Shown here in pieces: positions 14,055-25,559 of a stretch of 64,000 bases of DNA; the stretch's first letter is position 1; every line of letters begins with the position of its first letter. The position numbers and the translations under genes were made by a program. This DNA is from Octopus vulgaris (Eukaryota). The notes under the pieces were generated by a model. The model was not told where the DNA came from. It made no database searches and was given only the letters and a program-made list of their open reading frames with translations. The stretch covers positions 27,838,001-27,902,000 of the forward strand of contig OX597832.1 of NCBI GenBank assembly GCA_951406725.2, in the 5' to 3' direction.

Positions 14055-14440
14055 CATCATCATCCTTTCTACTAAAGTCACAAGGCCTGAAATTTTGGGA
14101 AAGGAGATAAGTTGATTACATCATCCCCAGTGTTTTACTGGTACTTAATTTATTGACCTTGAAAAGATAAAAGGCAAAGTTGACCTCGGCAGAATTTGAA
14201 CTCAGATCGTGAAAATAATAGTAATAATAATGCTAATTTTGGCATAAGACCAGCAATTCTGAGGGGAAGGCGAAGTTGATTATATCAGATCCAGTGTCCA
14301 GCTGGTACTTAATTTATTGGCCCCAAAAGGATGAAGATCAAAGTCAACCTCGCTGGAATTTGAACTCAGACTGTAGTGATGGGTGAAATACCACTAAGCA
14401 TTTTGTCCAGTGTACTAACGGTTCTGCCAGTTTGCAGCCT
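13786..14440 (-). mobile_element. Cluster of three SINE family B copies (~13786-13996, ~14064-14210, ~14235-14440) separated by (AAT)n
   Basis: Each has ctggtactt.attta..ga...gaaag.atgaaaggcaaagt.gacct.gg.agaatttgaactcag; B-box-like gagttcaaattc on the minus strand. Confidence 0.85.
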
Positions 14441-14473
<33 letters not shown>

Positions 14474-14770
14474 CAATTCTTTTTATTGGCCACAAGGGCT
14501 GACAAATATAATTGGTAAACATAAAGGGACAAAACGGGATGAAAGGTTACAAAAGGTTTTGTCCGTTTGTGAAAAAAAAAAGCGAGTAAAAAGCAATATA
14601 ACAACGAAAAAACTCCCAATAGAGGAGACAAAAAAAGAAAAGGTCTCACGTGGAAAAACCCATAAAAGCCACGGGGCCTGGTCAAAAGGTGGGTAGAGAG
14701 CCCCTTTCTCCTTTTATGATACCTTTTTCAATTACAGGCGAAACCTCAGAATTGGTCCATTTATACTGGC
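14474..14770 (-). mobile_element. Probable LINE 3' UTR fragment
   Basis: T-rich on the minus strand, ends agcccttgtggccaataaaaagaatt then an (ATT)n tail; the end resembles one of the SINE B tails. Confidence 0.5.
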
Positions 14771-15618
14771 CATAATAGTAATAAATGCCCTGATGCAGTA
14801 CCAGGCAGTGGCTCTCATGGCTTTTGATCTTAACTGGTGGTGGTGGTGGCGATGGTGGTGTCATCACCATCAACATCACTATCATTATCACAATCATTAT
14901 CACCATAGTCACCTCATGTGTGTGTCAAAACTGATGATGATGATGATGATGATAGCTGTGAATGTTTTGACCCTGATTCATCCTTGCTCTAGCTGACCTT
15001 TGATTGAAGCCATTCCAGCCATAACTGCCTCTTCTTTTATTCAGGGCCTAGTATATCTAGGACTACATTACCTAATGTGTCCTCCTCTGACACATGAAGG
15101 TGGCAACAGTGATGATTGTGATGATGACATCACCATTGCTGCCGTTGCCACCACCACAACCACGACCACCACTGCTGGTGATGTGGTAAGGATTGGAATC
15201 TTGAAAAACAAGATTGTTGAGGTGGTTTTTTTTTTATTTTGTTTTCTTTTCATCATTCCTTTATTTAGACATCTTCCTTGCTCGTTTCTGGTGTAGAACT
15301 GTTATTTGGTTAGCTTGGTATACTAGGTCACTCGGTCATTTGGTCACTTACTCATCTGCTAATAACTTGCTCTAATTAGAACTACCTAACCATGTTTCCT
15401 TCACTGAAATGAATGAAAGACCTACATGTTGTAAACATGTAGTGTATATGTTATCACTGAAGAAGAAGCGGCTCTCAATTGTGGACCCCAGGGCTGCATG
15501 TGGCCCTCATGCATCCTTTCAGTGCCCCTTGATAGTCTTCCTTCTATAAATATAATAATTTATTTCAGTTCTATATTTAATTATGAAGAAAAGAGAGGAG
15601 GAAACCAATAAAATGCCT

Positions 15619-15725
15619 ATAGTCTGTCTGCCCTACGGGAAAGGCCTCTCCGAAAAGATACAAAAGATATGCGGCCCATATGACATCAGGACAGTATTCA
15701 AGAGTAACACAACAATTTGCAAATA
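15619..15725 (+). mobile_element. Penelope-like element ORF fragment (RT-to-GIY-YIG linker region)
   Basis: IVCLPYGKGLSEKIQKICGPYDIRTVFKSNTTI matches the PLE pattern LPY..G.SE.I.RI...Y.I.T.FK...T. Confidence 0.75.
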
Positions 15726-16689
15726 TCAGAACTCAAGTGTCACTCATGCTGAAGTACTGCTCAAGATAAGAAGCTCATGTGTGAGTTATATTGAGGTCCT
15801 GCTGAGAAACCTCAAGTTTGGCCTATGTTGGAGTACTACTTTGATTTAAATCTCAAGTATGACTCATGTTGGAGTACTACTCATATCGAAAACTCAAGAG
15901 TGATTCAAGCTACAATACTACTCAGGTATGTAGAACAGGACAGGAATCGAACTCAGAAAGTAATGGGATGTAATTACTAGAAGGTATTTTTTTTACCTCT
16001 CCTCTACCAATTCCACCCAGGCTCCATCCTAAAACTATATACCATCCCATAATTAGTCATATAGTATTATTATGGCAGGGTGGTACTTTGGTGTAATAGT
16101 GACACATCTGGGTGCGCTGAGCTAATTGGTTAATCATTTTGAAGATGAAGGGTAAAAAAAAATAAGTGTTGTTGTTGATGATGATAACAGGGTGTTACGC
16201 TTGGCTTTCATTTACAGATGGAAATATGTGGATTGAGATGAGGGTTCCATGCTGCTCTTTGCAGGGTCCTTATTTTAAGCATTGATAAGGAGAAATTGTT
16301 AAGGGACACTTTTGGTTTCTATGAATGCAACCCTGCAGTTCAGGGTGTTCAATCCCTATTTTCATGGCACCTTGGGCAAGTGCCTTCTACTCTAGCCCTA
16401 CGATGACCAACGCCTTGTGAGTGGATTTGGTAGACAGAAACTGTGAGGAAGCCTCTGTGTGTGAGTGTGTAGAGGTAAGGCTGTGTGGTGAGGTATTTAT
16501 GGGAGCAACTGCCTTCGAAGACTCATAGATAGGCAGCCAGCAACTGATGAAGGGTCGCTCTTTATGTTCTGTTTTCCATTTGTCTTTCTCGTTTATATAT
16601 TCAACTAATTTGTTTTCGTATCTCATGTTGCTTACTGTTGGTGACGTCCTCTTCATATATATGCATGTGTATGTCATATATATATATAT

Positions 16690-17021
16690 AAAGACCCCCT
16701 TCGGTCATGAATGACCATGGGATTGCACCTAGAAAGTTACCCTCCTAGACACAAGTCCGGGCAAGGTTGTTTATGGAAGACCAGCAGTCGCCCATGCATA
16801 CCAGCCTCCCCTCTCCACGCCACCAGTGTTATCCAAGGGAAAGACAAAGGCCGATACAGCTTGGCACCTGTGACGTCGCAACTCATTTCTACAGCTGAGT
16901 GAACTGGAGCAACGTGAAATAAAGTGCCTTGCTCGAGAACACAACACGTAGCCCGGTCCGGGATTCGAGCTCACAACCTCACGATCGTAAGCTCGACGCT
17001 CTAACCACTGAGCCATGCGCC
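16690..17021 (-). mobile_element. SINE family C, full length and CpG-retaining (young)
   Basis: Minus strand begins ggcgcatggctcagtggttagagcgtcg (A box) ... gagctcgaatccc (B box); older copy at 18856-19177. Confidence 0.9.
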
Positions 17022-17024
17022 TTC

Positions 17025-17058
<34 letters not shown>

Positions 17059-17085
17059 GTATATATATATATATATATATTGCAT

Positions 17086-17461
17086 TACTCCTTTACTTGT
17101 TTCAGTCATTTGACTGTGGCCATGCTGGAGCACCGCCTTTAGTCGAGCAACTCGACCCCGGGACTTATTCTTTTGTAAGCCCAGTACTTATTCTATTGGT
17201 CTCTTTTGCCAAACCGCTAAGTAACGGGGACGTAAACACACCAGCATCGGTTGTCAAGCAATGCTAGGGGGACAAACACAGACACACAAACATACACGCA
17301 CACACACATATATATACATATATAAAACAGGCTTCTTTCAGTTTCCGTCTACCAAATCCACTCACAAGGCATTGGTCGGCCCGGGGCTATAGCAGAAGAC
17401 ACTTGCCCAAGATGCCATGCATGTGGTTGGTTAGCAAGCTACTTACCACACAGCCACTCCT
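17086..17461 (-). mobile_element. SINE family A copy with B-box region deleted
   Basis: Matches family A but lacks agtgggactgaacccggaacc at ~17420. Confidence 0.9.
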
Positions 17462-18105
17462 ATCTTTTGCCAACCTTTCCATCAGCAAAAACCCTGGTGC
17501 TTTCTTGTAAAGAGTCCTTCTCTTCTTTTAAGTTGTTAGTAAATAAAAGAAAGCACTGATTGGTCTGAGGAGGGATGGTCATTCAAGCATACACACACAC
17601 AGGGGCAGACATACACTGGTGTACAGAAAATCAATGTGATAACAAAAGCCTTTTCTTGTTTGTGTGTAGTGTTTGTTTTGCCAAATGTTTAAAGAGGAGT
17701 CAAGTGTTTCATTGGTCGCCTCTGTCCCCCTCCCCTCGAAATAATAACCAACCTTTCTGCTTGGCTTTTGTCTTAACAACAGTCATTCACACTTGAGCCA
17801 ATCTAAAGAAACATTGACCTCTGCCAAAACTGACACCTGCCACTCTGTCCTGGTCAGTAGTAGCAGCAGTAGTTGTGGTGGTGGTGGTGGTGGTGGTGTT
17901 GGGGATGGCTGTAATTGCTGACCAGGCCAACTATGATAATACAATTTCAGTTTCTTTTTTTTTTTTCTTTTGTTTTATTTAAGAAGGCAAATTCTTTTAA
18001 GGATGTTGGGGCCCCACAAACAAACAAACAAACAAACAAACACCACTCCTTTTCTCTCTATATACATATCTCCTGTCTGTCCTTGTTTGTCCTCTCGAGG
18101 CTTCC

Positions 18106-18299
18106 AGCTGGCAGAAACATTAGCAAGCACACCTGAAGAAGCCATTACCTTCTGAGTTCAAATTCCACCAAGGTCAACTTTGCCTCCCATCCTTTCAAGG
18201 GTCGATAAATTAAGTACCTGTTACAAACTGGAGTCCAGGTAGGTGTAATCCATTTGTCTGTCCCCTCTATGTTTAGCCCCTTGTGGGCAGTAAAGAAAT
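18106..18299 (+). mobile_element. SINE family B copy
   Basis: gctggcagaaac.ttagca...ctgagttcaaattcc...gtcgataaattaagtacc...gtttagccccttgtgggcagtaaagaaat. Confidence 0.8.
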
Positions 18300-18855
18300 A
18301 TATATACATATCTCCTGATGATGATGGTGATGATAGTGATATATATCCACCATCATCACCATCGTTTTATCCTCTATTTTTCCATGCTTGCATGGGTTAG
18401 ATGTAATTTATTGTGGTAGATTCTTTTCTGAAACAAATGTCCTTCCTGTCACCAACCTTTGCCTCATTTCTGTCCAACTGCCACAAATCTCCCACATTCA
18501 CTGCTCCATGTCCATATGGGACAATCTGCAGCCTGTGCAACATCCCGAGTGGCACACCTGACAAAAAAATTGACTCGAATTTTCTCTTTTAAGTGGTGCA
18601 GCACACCCAAGGATGAGTCATGTCTCATGTGACCTGATTCTCGAGAAAGGTTGCTCATGTATGAAACAGGTTGACATTAAACACACCTTGTTTCTCTCAC
18701 ATTCACTGTTTCTCCCACATGTCTATACCACCCTGTAGCTTACCATCAGACATTCAACACAACATTCACACCTCAATCCAAACTCTGCCATTGATTCGTT
18801 ATCAATCAGCACAAAGTTAGTTTTTCCAGGTAGTTCAGTTGATACAATATTGGGT

Positions 18856-19177
18856 AAAGACTCCCTTCAGTCGTGAAAGACCCTGGGATTGCACCTAGAA
18901 AGTTATACTCCAGGTGGGGCTGTTTATAGAAGACCAGCAGTCACCCGTGCATACCAGCCTCCTCTATCCATGCCACTGATGTTGTCCAAGGGAAAGGCAA
19001 AGGGGCCGATACAGCTTGGCACCTGTGACATCATAACTCATTTCTACAGATGAGTGAACTGGAGCAACATGAAATAAAGTGTCTTGCTCAAGAACACAAC
19101 ACACCGCCTGGTCCAGGAATTGAACTCACTTCCTCATGATTGTAAGCCTGGTGCTCTAACCACTGAGCCATGCGCCT
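18856..19177 (-). mobile_element. SINE family C, diverged copy
   Basis: Colinear with 16690-17021. Confidence 0.85.
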
Positions 19178-19814
19178 TCACAACACAACATTGCTGGTAC
19201 CTGTTTTGTATGGGAACAAATAGGCCTCAGGTGTTGATAGTGTTGTTGTTGTTTAACCCTGAGAAGTCAGGCTGATCATCAAGGCCATAGATGTAAAGAA
19301 GCGGTGATCACTGCCAGGAATCAAACTCACTACCTTACAACCATGACCTGTACACCCTAACCACTAAGCCATGCACCTTAGAAGGATCAAGTATTCTGTT
19401 AACTCCAGCAGGATTTGAACTCAAGAATTAAAGGCTCACCAAGGTGTACTAATCCAACCACTTAAATTGCTAGAAACAACAGCTAAATCTCCTTCACTCA
19501 CTCCATGCTATCTTAAATATATAAAATGAGATACAGGTGACAGTAGAACCGTTTCTTGATATACAGGCAGGTTGGTCATAGTTGGAATGTCACTGATCAT
19601 AGATTTATTACATAATGGTATGAAGGAAGAATGTATAAACGGTTACATTGACCCTCAGTATGTCACTGGTACTTTATTTTATGAATCCCAGAACAACAGA
19701 AGAATGGATGGCTTTTGTTGGATTTGAACCTGGAATGTTCAAATTAATGGATGTAACTAAATGCCACACGTGATTCATCCAGTGCTCTACCAATTCTGAT
19801 AATTCACACACACA

Positions 19815-19852
<38 letters not shown>

Positions 19853-19920
19853 CACACACTCACACATGCACACACACACATGCATACACACATATATAAT
19901 ATTTATATAAATACACACCT

Positions 19921-19955
<35 letters not shown>

Positions 19956-20462
19956 GGGTGTGTTGAAGGTACAAGAGCTATAACCAAATTTGGCATTGTT
20001 ATTTTTAATTTCATTTTAAGTCATTTAAAAATGTAGAACCTACAGGCACCTGTGGGTGTATATTTGGGGTGGGAGGGAGAGAGAGAGAGACATTAAAAAG
20101 CTGGATTTATTTTTAGAATGCGGGTGGTTGTATATCTGTGTGTATGTATCCATATATGTATATACCTGTGTGTGTCTGTATATGTATATTTGAGTGTGTG
20201 CATGTATATATATATATGTATGTGCGTGTGTGCATGGCATCATTTATATGCATGTATATATATATATACATATAAGTTCAGCAAAATTTAGATTCAGATG
20301 AATATGGTACCTAAGTTAAAGGCACCAGTATTTTGGTATGGTATTATCCATATAAATCAAATGGGGTGATTATAATCAAAATAAGCAACAAAGATATCCA
20401 AGGTAGAGTAGAATGAAACAATTGTACTACTCTACCTTGGATATCCTTGTTGCATTTTTGAT

Positions 20463-20501
<39 letters not shown>

Positions 20502-20527
20502 TGTGTGTGTGTGCATATATATATATA

Positions 20528-20922
20528 TCTTTATATATAAAAGTGAAGTTGTGTGTCTGTCTCCTCCGATTTAGATTCCTAACTACTCCCACATTTTGCA
20601 GTGCAGTGTAACCAAAAGCGGGCATCTTATAGTCGTGATTCATATCGAGCCCTTCTGGGTATTAGTGCGTGTCTACGATGAGTCTACGATTTTAAAAAAA
20701 TTTACCATCATTTTTTCCCATTTTTAATGCATTTTTTTGCTATTATATAAGGGAAGTAACTCTCTAAAAATGTATTATTAAATCTCAGAACGTAAAAAGC
20801 TACAGTAACAACCCCCCTTTGTGGTTAGCCATATTGAGATGGCTATTATACTTTACATCTCTAAAAATGCTTATATAGTTATTTCCCTTACAAACCCGAG
20901 CAACGCTGGGCGATACTGCTAG
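20528..20922 (+). mobile_element. Non-autonomous Helitron
   Basis: 5' TC(TTTATATATAAAAG), 3' hairpin cccgagcaacgctggg then 8 nt then terminal CTAG, inserted between A and T with no TSD. Confidence 0.85.
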
Positions 20923-21066
20923 TATATATATATATATACGGAATGACGTCAAATAGTTTTAAGACTCGCTGGTACGCCCACACACATTCGTTCCGGCGAC
21001 CCGACAAATCTAACCAGACCACTCTCACCGCCCATATCTGGTATATATATATATATATATATATAT

Positions 21067-21405
21067 AATAAATATAAGAGAGTGGTCACTCGGATGTAAT
21101 CAATTGAACCACACGCGTATTTATCGTTATGGTATAATCTGGCGTGTGATTGAGTGGATTTCATCCAGATAGTTTTGGCTGAAGAGCTACAAGTGGATTT
21201 TATTGTAAGTAAAATTACATTTAATTCATTAATAGCGAAACAATTGTCCCAAAATAATCTGTATTTGTTATTTTTTATTTGCCCTGTCCGTGTGAGCTAA
21301 CAATCGTACTGACTTTCATGGGAAACATGTATTTTTGTGGTTGAAACCTTTTGGATTAACTGGTGCTAGAGTGAGCCATATAGTGACCACTCTCTTATAT
21401 TTATT
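21067..21405 (+). mobile_element. 339-nt non-coding element bounded by a perfect 24-nt inverted repeat and carrying a hammerhead ribozyme (PLE pseudo-LTR / retrozyme-like)
   Basis: aataaatataagagagtggtcact (21067-21090) / agtgaccactctcttatatttatt (21382-21405); internal hairpin 21092-21166; hammerhead 21166-21261. Confidence 0.7.
21166..21261 (+). ncRNA. Minimal type-I hammerhead ribozyme, core intact, predicted cleavage after C21248 (GUC)
   Basis: Stem I ttttgg(21173-78)/ccaaaa(21249-54) extended by cagat/atctg; CTGAAGA 21179-85; stem II gcta/tagc; GAAA 21237-40; palindromic helix III CAATTG; UH=TC. Confidence 0.8.
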
Positions 21406-22096
21406 TTGTAAAAATATTATAATATATTATAAAATATTATAATAATCCAGGTTTCTCGGAGCACTAGGCCACTTGATGTAGAATAGATATACTATTAAAT
21501 TAGTATCTAATTCTCTCACCCTTATTAATTAATTATATATATATATATATACACGCATGCTCATATACATGTGTATATATATATGTGTGTGTGTGTGCTT
21601 ATATATATATCTATATTTGTGTGTATAAATATGTATGTATAAGTTTATAGATTTCTGAAGCTCACCTGTTGATTAATCAAAGTAAGGTGTTAAGTAAACA
21701 TCAATGACTTAAGGATGGCAATTAATTTGCACTTTTGATTGGTTTCAGCAACCTTAACAGTGAATGGCAAGGTGAGGTGGGGGGTGGAGGGTACTTAATG
21801 ACGGCGGAGATAGTGGCGGTGGTAGTGGTGGTGGTGGCTGGTATGGTGGTATGGGCAGCTGTTGCGTTTGTGGTGGTAGTGCTTCTGGTGTTGACTAGTA
21901 TGGTTGTGGTGACTTAGAATAAAGGGAAATGGTTAGTTATTACCTTACTCGGAAGCGTGGCGGGCGGGAGGGAGAGAGAGATTGGTAACGGAAATGGTAC
22001 CCGGTCATGGAAAATCCTCACCTGACCCACATCAAAATGGGAAACTGAACTTAAATAATATTGTTATTATTATTATTATGATGATGATGTTGTAGT

Positions 22097-22145
<49 letters not shown>

Positions 22146-22416
22146 GTAGAAGTAGTAGTAGAAGTAGTAGTAGTAGTAGTAGCAGTAGCAGTAGTAGTAG
22201 TACAAGGTGGAAAGCTGGCAGAACTGTTGACGGTATTTCTTTCGTCTTTACGTTCTGAAGTTCAGATTCTGCTGAATTTGACTGATGAAATAAGGACCAG
22301 TTGAGCACTGCGGCTGATGGGGGTCAATTTATCCCTGCCTCTGAAATTGCTGGCCTTGTACCAAAATCTGAAACCAATTTTATTATTATTATTATTATTA
22401 TTATGAAGATTGTGTG

Positions 22417-22818
22417 TGTAGGAGTGGCTGTGTGGTAAGTAGCTTGCTAACCAACCACATGGTTCCGGGTTCAGTCCCACTGTGTGGCACCTTTGGCAAA
22501 TGTCTTCTACTATAGCCTTGGGCCGACCAAAGCCTTGTGAGTGGATTTGGTAGACAGAAACTGAAAGAAGCCTGTCGTATATATATATATATGTGTGTTT
22601 GTGTGTGTGTATATGTTTGTGTGTCTGTGTTTGTCCCTCTAGCATTGCTTGACATCCGGTGCTGGTGTGTTTACGTCCCCATCACTTAGCAGTTCGGCAA
22701 AAGAGACTGATAGAATAAGGACTGGGCTTACAAAGAATAAGTCCCAGGGTCGATTTGCTCGACCAAAGGCGGTGCTCCAGCATGGCCGCAGTCAAATGAC
22801 TGAAACAAGTAAAAGAGT
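22417..22818 (+). mobile_element. SINE family A, near full length
   Basis: Colinear with 44889-45277. Confidence 0.9.
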
Positions 22819-23051
22819 ATATTCTGTTATTCTTTTGTTTCAGTCATTTGACTGTGGCCATGCTGGAGCAACGCCTTTCAGTTCCCATTTAACATCCATC
22901 TTCCATGCATGCATGGGTAGGATGGATCACAGGGGCCGGCCAGGTAGAAACTCTACCCTAGGCTACTGTGTCTGTTTTGGTAGGGATTTTTATGGCTGGA
23001 TGCCCTTCCTAACACCAACCACTCCACAGTGTATTTAGTATTAATACTGTA

Positions 23052-23335
23052 CTGATAATTAGAACAGTGATTTTTCACATTCATAATTTTACTTAACCGT
23101 TACTAACAGCATCTTTACAAACCTAGATGTGTTTCATCAACAGCTGTTTACCTTCTGCTGTTTTGAAACAGCAGAGGGTAAGGCCCGCTGAGGAAACTGC
23201 ACCAACCATGATGCTGAGTTGCATATCCAACAGTGTGCAGTTGCTGTTGTTGAAATGCGTGTAGGTCCCATAAAGATGCTGCAAATAACTGTTAGATAAA
23301 ATTATGGATGCGAAAAGTTTTCGTTCTCCTTATCA
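23052..23335. repeat. Fold-back element with a decayed hammerhead
   Basis: Arms ~23052-23143 and ~23243-23335 are imperfect reverse complements; internal hairpin ttaccttctgctgttt/aaacagcagagggtaa; CTGAGGA 23188-94, GAAA 23252-55. Confidence 0.7.
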
Positions 23336-23351
23336 TCATTATTAATAATAA

Positions 23352-23748
23352 CTAGCAGTATCGTCCGGCGTTGCTCGGGTTTGTTTCGACCCTTTAGAAT
23401 TGGAAATTTTGAAAAGTAAAAAATTTTGCATTATGTAGCTTGTTATTCTCTTTAAGTGAACATTTTTCCGGTTGAAATACACCGAAAAATGGCGACACAG
23501 CAGTAAAAAAAATCGTAAAAAAAAATATGGATTTTCATAGAAAAAAAGCACCTATTTGATGTAAATAATTTTTGGTGTTAACATGGTCCGATTTGAATAT
23601 TTTCTTCTACGGAAGGAAGAGCAAGCCTTCTTCTATCATACTCTCAATTTTGGCCAACTTGTGCCGCAGGGTCTCGGAGGAGACAGTGTTAATTGAAGGC
23701 TACCAAACCTGCCATACACAGACAACTTCAGCTTTATATAGAGAGAGA
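23352..23748 (-). mobile_element. Non-autonomous Helitron (same termini as 20528-20922, different interior)
   Basis: Minus strand starts TCTCTCTCTATATAAAGCTGAAGTTG and ends aaacccgagcaacgccggacgatactgCTAG, between A and T. Confidence 0.85.
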
Positions 23749-24003
23749 TTACATACGCCATGAAAATTATGCTGCCCTGAACAGGACACTCGGATTTACC
23801 AAGCGAGAATAATTAGCAGAGCCTAGCAACCTTACTGTTAGGTTGGGTACCACATGAGGACCATTGTGGTTAGCTGGCATGTGAAACCGAATTAAGAGGA
23901 AATACAGTAACTGCCAGGATAATATATCCCTACACACATACATACATACATACATACATACGTTCATACATATACATACATTTTCTTTTTTTTTCTTTCT
24001 TTT

Positions 24004-24401
24004 TCCTTGTTTCAGTCATTTTGACTGCGGCCATGCTGGAGCACCGCCTTTTAGTCGAGCAACTCGACCCCGGAACTTATTCTTTTGTAAGCCCAGTACT
24101 TATTCTATCGGTCTCTTTTGCCGAACCGCTAAGTGACGGGGACGTAAACACACCAGCATCGGTTGTCAAACAATGCTAGGGGGACAAACACAGACACATA
24201 AACATACACACACACACATATATATATATACATATATACGACGGGCTTCTTTCAGTTTCCGTCTACCAAATCCACTCACAAGGCTTTGGTCGGCCCGAGG
24301 CTATAGCAGAAGACACTTGCCCAAGATGCCACGCAGTGGGACTGAACCCGGAACCATGTGGTTGGAAAGCAAGCTACTTACCACACAGCCACTCCTGCGC
24401 C
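24004..24401 (-). mobile_element. SINE family A, full length and young
   Basis: Nearly identical reverse complement of 44889-45277; CpGs retained. Confidence 0.92.
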
Positions 24402-25559
24402 TATGTATATATACACAAGTATATATACTTAATGAAAACTTAAGTCTATAAAAAATAGCAAGTATTTAATGGTGGACAGCTGTAGAATGTCAAGAATGTG
24501 AGCAATTGGGCAATGGTGGTGGTGGTGGTGGTGCTGGCAATGGTTGTAGTGCCGGTATTGAGGTGTTGGTAGTTTTGGCATATCATGAAGGTAGTGAATG
24601 GTGGTGGTGGTTGTGGTGGTGGTATAGTTTTGTTGATTGTCATGGTGGTAGTTCTGGTGGTGGCGATGTTTAAACTGACTGTTTCGGTAGTGATTGTGTT
24701 TGTGGTATAGGCTAACGTCTCAGTGGACACCCCTATTTCCTGTACGGTAGTAGTAGTAGTTGTAGTGGTGGTGGTCGCAAGCATTAGTTTGTTTGCAAAT
24801 TCTTTTTGGTTCCATTCTGGGGATCATCAGAAAGGTTGGGGGGGAGGAGGAAGGGTGGCAACAGTGGTGGTGGTGGTGGTGGTGGTGGTAGGAGACTTTT
24901 GAAAAAGTCAAAGGGAGCGGATTAAAAATAAAATCAACAAAAGAAATAAAGGATTCTGCCTTCCCTTGGCGCTGTTTGATCTCAGAATTAGTTTATTTAC
25001 CAAGTGTGTGTGTGTGTTGGGGTGGGAATAGGTTAGGACTGAGGCTGTGGATTTAATTAAAAGCTTTTCTTAAAAAATAGACCAAAGAAGAGAGAAAGAG
25101 AGAGATAAAGAAAGAGAGGAAGAGAGAAATAAAGAGAGAGATAAAGAGAGGGAGAGAGAGAGAGAAAGAGAGAAGTGGTTATTGTGGGTCTTTACAGATG
25201 TTGTCGTTGTTGTTGTTGTTTAAATTCCCTATCGGCCAGTCCAACCCTGATCCAGTGGACCTGTGATCAAAGGTGTTCCAGTTGCGACCCTCCAGCCTTT
25301 TATCCAGACATACGGAATCTAATGTGTCCTTCCTTGTTGTTGTTGTTTAGCCACAGGTCACTGTGTCGATCCTGTTGACTAATGATCTAAGATTTTTTTG
25401 ACTGTGACTAACACATTTCTTCGAGCATAGTGTATCTAGGACTACATTATCTAATGTGTCTTTCCTTGTTCATCCCTGATTCAGCAAGATCTATGATCAA
25501 AGGTGGTTCAGCCATGGCCACCCTGTCCACAACCACATGTAATCTTTTGCCCTTTGCTT

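Noticed and set aside
16945-17021. tRNA-like sequence with A and B boxes
   Set aside because: It is the head of SINE C and continues into the SINE body; no convincing acceptor stem or terminator
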